Shown: positions 1 to 10,520 of the stretch, in pieces
Numbering within the stretch: position 1 is the first letter of the stretch
Layout of the letters: every line of letters begins with the position of its first letter
Assembly: GCA_002633005.1 (NCBI GenBank)
Contig: NMRA01000457.1
Span: 1 to 37,008, forward strand
Source of the DNA: Phoronis australis
Lineage: Eukaryota; Animalia; Phoronida
Length of the DNA stretch: 37,008 bases
Reading direction: 5' to 3'
The notes under the pieces: generated by a model
The model's input: the letters and a program-made list of their open reading frames with translations, nothing else
The model's database searches: none
What the model was told of the DNA's origin: nothing
Program-made: the position numbers and the translations under genes

Positions 1-1280
1 GGTGAGTCACAACCCAACCGAGTTCAGAACGCGTCCGGGCGAAGCCTGACCTCACTCCGGTTGAAGGTCACCCGAGTCCTGACTGAGGCTGAAGTTCGTT
101 CGATAGGACGTTGGATTCGATCAGCACTGTACATGTGTATGCAATTGGCATTGCTCAGTTGCGTTGCGTTCCTGCAGGCATACAGGGTACACTCAAATGT
201 TCTAGAATAAACGTCACGGCAAACGGTATCCTTTTGCAAAATAATTGATAGAGCTTTGATTATTACGATATCAACGATGCTGCAGAAATAGTGAACCAAA
301 AATAACCATTAAATAAGTGCACTGTAGCTACATGTAGATCATAACACAGACGCAAACAAGGTTATTAATGTTCAAGTGTTGTCTCTCGTTTTCGAACAAA
401 TCCGTCCCAGGGCGACTGTGAAGGCTTTAATTCATGGTTCTTAAACACATCATGTAAATCACAAAGCAATAAGTATTTTGCCCCGATTAGAAGAGCAACC
501 GAGAACATAGACAAATGAATATGAGAATATTGACTTCTAATGAAATATTTTGTCGGCTTCTCGCTAAGATTCCTGGCGTCATCTGAACAATGAATTCCCG
601 AGGTCACCTAATGTGATTGAAACGAATCTATAGACCTAACTCACGCGGCGGACATTAAAATCCAAAACGAGGCTCACTGCGATAGACAAAGCGGAAGTTG
701 ATATTGCGTGAGTCAAAGGGTCTGTCTTTTGAGTCCAACCTGGGTATTAATATCTTTAAAATGTGTCGATAATTAACCACAGAGACGTAGAAAAATACAT
801 TAGAGACTTAGTCAATGCACTAAAGAGGGTATAAGTTTTTTTTCGGAAAACTAGGTTCGAAACATGAAAAGTAAATATTAGCAAACTGCGGCGATCGTAG
901 TGTTACGGATTAGGTTATTATGCTGAATGCAGGGATGCATTTCTTCTTGTAAATTGCTGATAAAATGCTTTCTATACGAATCAGGTCATCTGTTTGTACT
1001 GTTGACGAGTTGAAGATATATTCGACAGTGGTGGCTCATCTTATTTTGCAGTCATGTGCAGTCACATCTGGTTTAATTTGTTGATAAAGAATATTAACAG
1101 CAAGCATAGCCAAGGCCCTGGTGAGGTAGGGACTACCGGGACTAAGAGTTGATTTGCCATTGATCTGAAAGAATAACTGATGCTATTAAATATATTTTTT
1201 ATTAAAATAAAAAAACAGTCTCGTAATTGAAAATAAAAATTATTTGACCATTTTTTAAATTTTGAAAGAAAATTAAAAAC

Positions 1281-1339
1281 GAGCACAGTCCCAGAAATCA
1301 CTTTCGCATCATATTCAGGTTCTCATTCACTCCCTTGCA
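1281..1339 (-). repeat. Dispersed repeat fragment, homologous to the SINE body at 12985..13043
   Basis: The reverse complement aligns without gaps to 12985..13043 at 50/59 identities (counted by hand). Confidence 0.75.
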
Positions 1340-1584
1340 CATATTCACAAGTAAATATTTGATCATAAATTCTACTTTCTTGGTTTTAATAATTCTTACC
1401 TCTATTTCATGTGTTATAGGTTCCAAATATCAAACCTCGACCAAGTTGAATTTTAAAAATTAAAAAACCTATTTTGTTCGTCCAAAGCATAACCTCGTTT
1501 TAGAGCTCAATTTCAGTTAACTGGACAGAGTAGGCATAGTTATCATGTTTCTTCAGGTGCCTCGTTCATGAAAGGGAAAAGGTG

Positions 1585-1725
1585 CATGGGCGGTGCACCA
1601 TAGGGGGCTGGAGGGCTATACCCCCACTTTTTCAGTGCTAGGCCGCACGTGATCCACAGTCGGTGCAGCACAGGGAGCTGAAGGGGCTTTAGCCTCCCAC
1701 TTTTTTCAGTGCTGCGCCGCCCATG
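1585..1725. mobile_element. MITE (hAT-like CATGGGCGG termini), internally a dimer of ~70-bp units
   Basis: Left end catgggcggtgcacca; the right end gtgctgcgccgcccatg reverse-complements to catgggcggcgcagcac. Flanks aggtg (1580..1584) and agatg (1726..1730) match 4/5. The motif ggg(g/a)gctg...cccactttttcagtgct occurs twice inside. Confidence 0.65.
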
Positions 1726-2969
1726 AGATGCCTGTGCTTTCCAGGTCTGAGAGGGGAATTTTTTCGCCGAGTAAGAGGAAAAATCTACCTCCTCTCATGG
1801 ACTTTGCCTCAAGTAGCATTTTGTGCTCTTTCAAATTGTCACCTGTGTGGTTACAGGTGATTTGAACTTCGGTGAGAACTTTTCAATCTCTAGGGGAATA
1901 GACTCGTTGGGAGAATTTCGGTGGCCTTTTCAATATTTTTGAGAGGGAAATAGGGCGGATATTCGGCCCCAAAATCGAATAGAGAGATTGAGGTCCTTGT
2001 CCTTTTTGGAAAGAAAAATGCATCGTCTTTCAACCGTAGGCATGAAAACACAGCCTGGATGGTCGAAGATTCTCCGGTTGTTAACCGAGATGGGACAAAA
2101 TATTATCTAGGCCCACCTGTTACTTTTCGAACTAAGCATTTATAAAGTTTAAACGGACCTATTTTCTTTCGTCTTTACGTATAGCATGCGACTCAACGCT
2201 TCCGAATCTCAACGTCCTTAGGAATTGTAAAACAGACGGTTGAATGTCCTTATTTTTGTAGCCGTTCCAGCAACGTGGAATACAACTATGCCAAAAAGCC
2301 AACTGTCAGCGTGAATTAGGTCTATATCATTGGTTTACATGTTGGTCACACTTGGGTGTTGAACAACACCTGTGGACCGTTCTTACAAAACAGCTCATGA
2401 AATTCTAATTAGAACTTTCAGTTTGAACTGACCGAGGCATTGTTTACATCCCAATTTCTTGGAAAACCATATTTCTTATTGCCTACTACTTCATTTTACC
2501 AGTATAGCACCAGAAAGACTTTAATAAAGAGACATTATCAAAAAGAACGTTTCGTAAATTACACTTTTCTATGTTTTGCGTTTAACGGTGACTCACAAAA
2601 AGTGAAGTGCAATGCCACTCAACTACGGCAGATATTTGTGGCGCACGTGCAGAACTTCAAAAAAAGTATTCTGCATGCGGCATGAGCGTCATTTGGGTGA
2701 GGCTTTTAAAACTAGACTTGGTCTACACCTCAAATCTCGTTTCACAAATCTCTTATCTGAAAAGAATCAGGTATTTATATATTTGACCACAGACAACTTT
2801 AATCAGCCCTCGACTATATACTATAGTAAAGAGAAAGCTAAGTATACAAGTGCTATCCAATAAGGCCGCCCGCCTCTCACTTCCGGAATAACTCAAAGGG
2901 TGTCAAATCTGGAAGTAATTTAGTTGGACATTTTATCTGCGACTGCAGCACGTTCACTTCTTACATTTA

Positions 2970-3460
2970 ATGACACCAACTCCACTCTGTGAGGAGAGCT
3001 CAACTGATAATGATTTTACCAGGGAATTGACAATGGAGGATTTTTTGTTTGATGCTTTTGATTTTGTATATAGGAATATTAGCCATCATAAAGAGAAGAG
3101 TAACGTTACTGCCGCTTGCCATACACAATGTGAAGCAAGAGTTGGTGCTCTAATTGCCATTGGTATGTTTGGCAAATCCTTGGCTTGCAGTGTAGTGAGT
3201 TCTATTGATTACGATAAGAATGCAACTGGAGATTTATAATCCTCGTTGTTATTGCCAATGACTCACTCAATGGGAAACTCGATGCTTTTCAAAGAAGTGG
3301 TCTGCGTGACCTGAAGTGTAGGGGTGCATTGCCCGGTTATATGAAACAGTCCCAAGGTGTGACTTCGCTACGGGCCTAAATCTTTGTCATTGTTCAATCA
3401 CAAATGTTATTTTTGCTATTACTTATCTTTATATTGATGGCTCGTCCAATAATATGCCTG
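2970..3460 (+). mobile_element. Possible highly degraded LINE (RT/RNase H) remnant
   Basis: Scattered motif-like fragments in LINE ORF2 order: FTRELTM, DAFDFV (cf. D..KAFD.V), QRSGL (cf. QGS.L) and LYIDGS near 3427..3444 (cf. RNase H IYTDGS). They are broken by stops and frameshifts. Confidence 0.3.
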
Positions 3461-4744
3461 AAAGCTGAGCACTTATGTCAAAGAGGGACGTAGGCCTTAA
3501 ATTAGAACCGTAGATAGAAATGACCATGATTATTTTCAAAAATACTGAGAATTTACTCTCGGTGTGTATACTTCAATCCAAAAACTGGATTCACAAATGT
3601 ACACAAAATATTACTACAAAATTCAATCAGTGCTGGCATAAGTCCACACATGCGATACAAGTTTATGGAACAATTACGTAGAGTCCCTGATTGGAATGAT
3701 TTCATACAACTGTGTACAGAAGCCGACAAGAGGATCGTGAGATTGGGCTCAGTACCAATATTCTGATAATTATATCGTCGACACTGTGAAATATTTCTTA
3801 ATTGCAGCTAACATGGTCTAGAGAAGTTGGTAGACACAGATACTGAGTGTTTCATTGGAGGTTTATTTACGTGAGCTTTCCCAACATTTCTCAGCTTTAT
3901 GAATTAATTGCATCATGCCGCCATCAAAGTGCCTCTGTTGCGGGTGGAATAACGAAATTGTCTACTGCCTCAAAATAAAAGTGAAATGTCGGAAGGCCTG
4001 ATACCTGAAGTGACGTGTTTGGTGTGAAATTATTAATTAACGGGGAAATTTTACGGCAGCGGATAACAATGAAGGGAGGTAAGAAGGGAGGATAGAAAGT
4101 GCGTTGGAATCGAGGACTGGAACTGATGCCATCCCGAGCATTTCTGAAACTTTCGACAGAGAACTAATTTAAAAATGTAACGAAGTTTAATGCACCTGGA
4201 AAAACTCTCAGTGACCCTGCGGGCGTTTCCTCCTAATTAAAAGCGGATAAAATTCCCATCTTTCACCACAAAAACATTTGATTTAGACCAGTTGCCGTTA
4301 TTAAATCAGCCAGAATTATTCATTAGTAAAATAGAACAGACTGGATAAGCAGCAACTCCTCTTCTTTACAGTTTCTTTTAAAGGAGTAATCACAAGCTTT
4401 GTACTCTTCTCGACAATCCGTCCACCCAAGGCGTCTGCAAGCCTACACGTATGAAGGTTGGCCATCAACAACTACTTTAACGATAGACAGTAGAGCATAT
4501 TTCACAACACAGTGTTATTATACAAACGTTCCAAAAATGTTTAACTTCAAATATTAAATTTGGTTGACAAGTTATCAAGGCGTTCAACAGGGCTGACGTC
4601 TGTACACTGCAATGCATTAGATTGCAAGTACGACGAAAGACCATCCACAGAACGGAAACAGTGAGTTAATTGTGCCGCTATTCAACAGCCCATCTTCGCG
4701 CCGCCGAGTTAGAGTGCATGATTTCAATAGCTGCCATTCTGATG

Positions 4745-5126
4745 TGTCGTAATATAGTAGTCAGCTCTTCTCGAGCTTTTTAGGAATTAAGAAACTAGGT
4801 CTCTATGGAAAGCTTTTCCTGTTGATTTTTAAATTCACTCTGGTGCGGGGAAATTGAATGTCCCTGAGGCTCTGAAGAGATTGATAGCCATGGGGGCTTC
4901 AAGACGAAAGTTTGCAGTTTCCACTTACAGTCTATTTGACGCAACGCTACTGTTGACTAGGGTAAAGATTGGCATTTGGAACCCTTACACGTTGAGCAAT
5001 AGATGTACACAACCGCTTTGTACTTTTAAACACGATACTACATGTAAATGACTTCAATTGCTCACACTTCAATAACAGTATTGGTTTGCATTTTTAATAG
5101 CGCTGTAATTTATTTTTACAGACGGT
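4745..5126 (+). repeat. Non-coding block upstream of TRIM gene 1, duplicated upstream of the TRIM pseudogene (29410..29650 + 30610..30750); ends in a splice acceptor
   Basis: Collinear similarity, e.g. tcagctcttctcgagc, gctctgaagagattgata, aaagattggcatttgga, cgttgagcaatagatgtacacaaccgcttt. Polypyrimidine tract tatttttacAG ends at 5121. Confidence 0.85.
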
Positions 5127-7043
5127 ATGGCGCATTGCAAAGACATCCGCGAACGTCATCGAATACTTGAATGTCCCATTTGCTTGGAACGCATCAAAGA
5201 TCCCCGAATGTTGCTCTGCCTTCACTCGTTCTGTGAAGAATGTATTGGACGGCACATGGAAGAAAGACAAGAGAACGGCTCTTTCCCGTGTCCGTTGTGC
5301 AACACCAAGTTCAAGGTACCACAAGATGGCGCAACAGGCTTCAAGCGGAACAAATACTTCGAAGCAATAAGTGAATTATTCCCTGAGTCTTCAAAGGTGA
5401 AATGTGAAATCTGTCGACTCCGTGGTTTGCACAGTTACGCAATATCCATGTGTATCAACTGCACGGAGGGTCTTTGTCAACAATGCGCACAGTATCATTG
5501 TTTCACGAAGGCTTCTTTGGATCATATGGTAGTAAAATTGGAAGATGTCAGAAACGGCCAACACATTGAAGAAATCCTCCGTTTTCAGTATTTCCAATGT
5601 CGCGACCACCCTACGGAGGAACTAAAGATTTATTGTGAAGACTGCAAAACCTGTCTATGCGTGGTGGAACACGATCATCACAAAAAGGTTAATGTGAAGA
5701 AGGCCGCTGCGAATGTTAGTGACGTCCTGGAGAAATTATTGGTACCATGGAGACAGACTACAGAGCATCACTCAGCACTGTCAGCCGAGAGGAAGAGGGT
5801 TTTGGACAACCTGGATCAGCAAGAAGAGCAACTCATTCATCAAGCAAAGAAGATTTTCAACGATTTCAAGGACAAGATACTGCAGGAAATTGTAGTTAAA
5901 GAAAAGCAGTCCATTGATGATATTAAAGAACAGGTTGCTGAAGCACGCACACAAGCTGAAGAGGAGCACAAAAAGGCAGAAACATCTGCAAGTTCATCCA
6001 AGCAGACACTGGAATATGTAGAGAATATTCTACAATCAGCGCAAGATGTTGAAAAATTGCAACAGTTTCAAGATATAAGATCGCGTCTTGAGGCTTTGGA
6101 CACTGGGAAAGTGGAAAATGAAGTGATAGTACATCTGGTTAAATTACAGCCCGATAGTCTGGAAGTGCCCAGCGTATCGGTGAGTGCAGTGAGGAAATGT
6201 TTGGAGAAGCAAGTCGGAAAACCACTTCTGAAGGAACAGGCTGCTCATACACTGTGCTTCAACTCAATGCTGCCTGGAGAGCCAGGAGACTGTAACTATG
6301 GGCTGGCAGTTAATGACAAATGGTTCATTACAACCAGTCAGAAGAAGGTGAAGTTCTTTGACAGAGTCAATGGAGAATTTATGTTTGAGGTGAACCAAGA
6401 TCAACATGAACTGGACTATGCAATGTCTGTAACTTGTAACAAGAAGGGCGAGATATTTGTCACTGATCAAGGTACTCACGTTGTGGTGAAGTACAATGAG
6501 AAAGGTCAGTTCATGAAGGTCAGTGCACCAGACATGTACAGTAAAGATTGGGGTGCTATGGTATGTCATGGGGACGAACTTATTTTGACGGATAAATATG
6601 GTGGAAGAGTGCTTATGGTTGACTCTGATTGTAACATTACTCAAGTGATTAATAAAGAGTCACTTGGACTGAGTGAGTTCTTACCAGCGTTTGTGTGTAT
6701 AGACAACGACGGACATCTGGTAGTGGGTGATCACATAGAAAGTTCATGTAGGATACACGTGATTGACTACAAAAAATCAATAGTCATCAAAACATGTGAA
6801 CACCTTGATTCATTTCCATTCGGTGTATGTGTGGATGAGTGGGGACACATTCTCGTTGCTTTCCGTGAAACAAGCCAGGTGGTGTTGATATCAGACGAGT
6901 CCAAGCAAGCGCGCGTTATCGCCACGAGTGATGAAGTCAGCCGCCCCACTGATCTTGCTGTGACAGGTCCAGGAGAAGTTGCTGCATTGGAGGAGAAAAC
7001 TGGCAACGTGAAATTGTTCAAATACGCGGACTTCTTAGATTGA
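5127..7043 (+). CDS. TRIM-NHL E3 ubiquitin ligase (RING, B-box1, B-box2, coiled coil, C-terminal NHL-type beta-propeller); TRIM2/3/56/71-like architecture, 638 aa
   Basis: C3HC4 RING CPIC...CLHSFCEEC...CPLC (5172..5300); B-box1 CEIC...CINC...LCQQC...H...H; B-box2 CRDH...CEDC...LC(deletion)...H..H; long E/K/Q helical region; NHL-like repeats from ~6250 (YGLAV, KGEIFVTD, PAFVCIDNDGHLVVGD, PFGVCVDEWGHILV, RPTDLAV). Confidence 0.93.
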   Translation: MAHCKDIRERHRILECPICLERIKDPRMLLCLHSFCEECIGRHMEERQENGSFPCPLCNTKFKVPQDGATGFKRNKYFEAISELFPESSKVKCEICRLRGLHSYAISMCINCTEGLCQQCAQYHCFTKASLDHMVVKLEDVRNGQHIEEILRFQYFQCRDHPTEELKIYCEDCKTCLCVVEHDHHKKVNVKKAAANVSDVLEKLLVPWRQTTEHHSALSAERKRVLDNLDQQEEQLIHQAKKIFNDFKDKILQEIVVKEKQSIDDIKEQVAEARTQAEEEHKKAETSASSSKQTLEYVENILQSAQDVEKLQQFQDIRSRLEALDTGKVENEVIVHLVKLQPDSLEVPSVSVSAVRKCLEKQVGKPLLKEQAAHTLCFNSMLPGEPGDCNYGLAVNDKWFITTSQKKVKFFDRVNGEFMFEVNQDQHELDYAMSVTCNKKGEIFVTDQGTHVVVKYNEKGQFMKVSAPDMYSKDWGAMVCHGDELILTDKYGGRVLMVDSDCNITQVINKESLGLSEFLPAFVCIDNDGHLVVGDHIESSCRIHVIDYKKSIVIKTCEHLDSFPFGVCVDEWGHILVAFRETSQVVLISDESKQARVIATSDEVSRPTDLAVTGPGEVAALEEKTGNVKLFKYADFLD

Positions 7044-7670
7044 TCCCGTGATTCAACCCAGCTCTCATCAATTCCTTCCACTAATATCGCCTTGTAGTCA
7101 ACCCCGCGGCTTTCCATATTTTGTGTTTGCATTGTCTCCTTTATGTTTAACAGCAGACTTTTGTATCAAACTGATGTATTTGGCCCAATCAGTTGAAGCT
7201 GTAGTTTTTGTGCCCCCCCCCCCCAAAGGCAGTTGCAGTTTTCTTGGTTAGTAAGGCGTACATATATTTGCCATGACGACGATAGAATATTGGATCCTGT
7301 ACACCAAACCACCCCCGATTTGTTGCTTTCACTTAAGTCTTTGTGAAATTAACGCTGGTTTTCCATAATTTGTGTGTGCATTATATGTGTTATGTTCATT
7401 ACAAGATAGGTGTATGTCCAATCATTTTGTTGCTTATTTTAAAGTTACATTTTTAGTTTCTTTCCGCCAAACTATGGTAGTCTCGCCATAATTATGGTAG
7501 ACAACTGATTTCATTAGTGTATCTTATTATGTAAACGTCGGAGGTCGGTTTGATAAGCAGTATCTTAAATGTGTGTTGCCTTTGTATTTAAACTCACGTA
7601 AGCAACATTGCACTTGTCAACTGACCGTTCCCTCAAGTTAAAAAATCATTGTATATTATAGTATTGTCAG

Positions 7671-7676
7671 AATAAA
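7671..7676 (+). promoter_or_regulatory. Candidate polyadenylation signal for TRIM gene 1
   Basis: AATAAA ~630 nt after the stop codon, following a T-rich 3'UTR-like stretch. Motif evidence only. Confidence 0.35.
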
Positions 7677-8070
7677 TATTGATTAAGTAATTAGTAAGAA
7701 TAGATCCATTTTAAGTAGCCCGAAATTTGTGCATATGTACTTTTAAATCATGGGGTCAAACTTGTTGACATGTACTTTAACGTCAAAATCTATGTTTAGA
7801 TGGTGTTTACAACTTTGGGTTCTGGGCTCAAAGCACTCTAGAGATTCTAAAAGATTTTGAGAACAAATTGTAACAGCCAATTATATGATTGGATATGATC
7901 GTGTGGTTTTTATTAGCCAATCACTAAATAAGTAGAATATTATACTATGGGCTAAAATCAACAAAATAGTCAGATGTGCAATAGTAGTTGAAGCATAAAG
8001 ACTTGCCACGGTGTACAGAGGCAATTGTACAACAGAGCCATCTCGTGGAAGAATCTAGAAAGTATTTTGG

Positions 8071-9810
8071 CAGTGGCAGATCTACGGGGGGGGGGGGGTT
8101 CCGGGGGTTTAAACCCCCCTCGGGCCAGGACCCAAAAATTAAAAACAAAAACAAAAACGTCTCCAGCAAAACAAAAACGGCACCGCCAGCGTGTGTAAAC
8201 CCCGAGTAAACCAACTTGGAAAAAATGAGGTGGGGGTTCACTCTGAAAATATATTTTTTGCATTGTGAATTGCTGTTATGAAAATGAACGCGTTTCCAGT
8301 CTTCGTGGCTCATCGGCAAAACCCCGGAGATCAAATGTGCGCGCGCTTCCGACGACACTTCTGAAGTAGCCAAGCATTTTAGATGGATCCACCGCTGAAA
8401 GAGCAGCTCTATAGCTGATTTCTTTAGGTAACTAGTTTCTTTACTCTAAGATATGTTTTGATTTGATTAGGGGAAATACTGTGGTGCCGCAACCCTGATC
8501 TTCAGGCGAATTGACGGGCAACGTTTTTACCTCATCTGTCATGCCGTGTCATCCTATTACACCCCGCACGTTTGTAACTCGAATTTGACTGGTGTATTGT
8601 AAAGTTGTCTTGCGTAATATCATACAGTGTACATGTACATGTAATATTTTTGAAAAAAAAAACTCGTTTTCCGAAGAAATGCTATTGTGGCGGGCGCCGT
8701 GGTCTGGTCGCGAGTCTGTTTGAAGATCATGGCACTATAGCAAGTTATGTTTATACAAGGAATGACCAAGGCAGCACTCACATTAACAAAGTGACCGCAT
8801 TCGCGAACAGTGTACAGTACCAGAAATTGTGGGAGGCTGTATTTTCACAACAAAGTCTTGCGGGACTCGTGCGATGTTCAATGGGCCTTCTAAGGAGCCC
8901 TAGTGCAGACCTAAACACCTACCGTCTTTCTACCTGCAATAAGCACCACTGAGGTTTTCTATACTGGGAATTTCCTCAGAAAGGCCCATCCGACGAAACG
9001 TCCATGCCCATGGGCATTTATTTGATGTTGGTACTTCGGGTTTCAAGCGTTCACACATTGGGACGTTTATTTCGAAAATTGCAAGAGATGCAAATGGGTC
9101 CTGGGATACATCGTCAAGGTTTGAAGTAGTCCATGATGAACGGAACAAATTTAGTTGCGCATGCTGTAATTAAGTCTTTTGAATGGACTTGGTAACCTCA
9201 GGGGGCTTAGTGCCAACTGAGCTGCGAAACGAGATGCTGCATTGTAGAGGTGGACAAGCTCATTGACACAACAGTTGACGAAATGCAAGCGTTGGGAACA
9301 AACGTCGAAGATATCTGAGTAGAATGGTTCTAAGACAAGCAAACCATTGGATCCGATATACAGATTCCTCGACAGTCTAGACAGCAGGAAGATAGGACCA
9401 ACGTTCCTGGAGAAACACCCAGGTAATAAGTTATAATTATTCACAGTTTGTAACAATGTCGGTTTTTTATGCTTGTGTACAATGAAAACGAAATAGAAAT
9501 TATTTTTATACATGCCATATTTACCCAGTACACCAGAGGGTCTACCAGCGCACAGAAACTGATTCTGGTTTGTATTTTCACATGAGTCTATCTGCTTCAT
9601 ATCCAAAATCTTATTTCACGTAGTGCGTAGTTAAATCTGTACCCAATACTTGTTTCTTCCAGTGAGTACTACAGAACGGTGCGAAAACCCTTCCTTGACA
9701 ACCTCTCGCAGCAGTTGACCACCAGATGTGTATAAACTACACGCGCCTCGGATTCGACCTTTGCGGGAATCCTAAACCCCTCCCTTACTGAAAACGTAGA
9801 TCCGCCACTG
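8071..9810 (+). mobile_element. Internally deleted hAT-superfamily DNA transposon, 1740 bp
   Basis: 16-bp TIRs cagtggcagatctacg (8071..8086) and cgtagatccgccactg (9795..9810), 1 mismatch. G/C-run subterminal motifs. Flanks tttgg / cttgg. Internal hAT transposase remnant. The left 726 bp recur inverted at 17443..18164. Confidence 0.85.
9050..9735 (+). pseudogene. hAT transposase remnant (THAP12/PRKRIR-ZMYM1-like group) split by a GT-AG intron at 9423..9662
   Basis: Splicing ccc ag|gtaataag ... ttcttccag|t gag gives the in-frame peptide QIPRQSRQQEDRTNVPGETPSEYYRTVRKPFLDNLSQQLTTR, matching the hAT motif PR...RQ..R.N....TP.EYYR....PFLD.L...L..RF. The upstream part has stops and frameshifts. Confidence 0.75.
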
Positions 9811-10471
9811 CTTGGCAAAGGCAAGGGTTAACGAACAGGAAGTTAACTAAGAGCTTGTCACTTGCATCGTGGGTAGTAAGATACTACCTGAAGTCTTGCG
9901 TCACCAGCCAGAGACTGTGACCAGCAAGAAGAATCGCGGGTAGCAGAAACTGTCTGCAAGTGTTGCATCACCACAGACGGTGACCAGCAAGTACGCTGTC
10001 GCTATACAGTGTGTGTAGTTCGAAGATTCACCAACAGGACAGTCATCCAACATGTGGAGAGTCCTAGCTTGGATACCAGGTAAGACATTTGATTATATTG
10101 GTTGGTTGATTAAAGTAATCCTTAAGGAGGGCGCTAGCGTAGTTACTCTTCTTTGTAGTTGGTTATTTGATTAACAACAGGTTTCACTTGTTTAATTAGT
10201 GGTTATCATATAATAAATTAATTACTGAGTTTATTTATTTACTCTCCATCTACGCACAATCTCAAAGCATAGCTACCTTTTAAACAAACCCACAGTCAAA
10301 CTTTGACAAGTATATATACCAAAACAATGGAGTAAATACTTTTTCCAAAGTTATTCAAGTTCAATACGCCAACTACTTTTTGTTAATAAAATTTCACTTG
10401 GGCTAGCTAAAAGTGTATTTCTCATTTCTTCCTTCTAAACTAAACAGCGGTGAGGTTTCTAAGTGTATATA

Positions 10472-10520
10472 GTATGCGCGCGCGCGCGTGCGTGCGTGCG
10501 TGCGTGCGTGTGTGTGTGTG
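10472..10520. repeat. Compound microsatellite (GC)n(GTGC)n(GT)n
   Basis: Uninterrupted purine-pyrimidine alternation gtatgcgcgcgcgcgcgtgcgtgcgtgcgtgcgtgcgtgtgtgtgtgtg. Confidence 0.95.

Larger units (their letters stand above)
632..2323. mobile_element. Non-autonomous TIR DNA transposon (PIF/Harbinger-ISL2EU-like termini), ~1.7 kb
   Basis: Inverted repeats tatagacctaactcacgc (629..646) and gcgtgaattaggtctata (2309..2326) match 17/18. Ends read AT|AGACC...GGTCT|AT, i.e. a possible 2-bp AT target duplication. Superfamily is inferred from termini only. Confidence 0.6.

Noticed and set aside
40-125. Possible hammerhead ribozyme / Penelope-type end (cctgactgagg...ttcga)
   Set aside because: It lacks a proper CUGANGA...GAAA core with supporting stems.
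5094-7132. Antisense and alternate-frame ORFs over the TRIM genes (also 19646..21145 and 30669..32281)
   Set aside because: They are shadow ORFs of coding DNA; their similarity to each other only reflects the gene duplication.
7945-8373. ORFs of 73-142 aa here and their mirrors at 17867..18197
   Set aside because: They are chance frames through the low-complexity hAT subterminal region.
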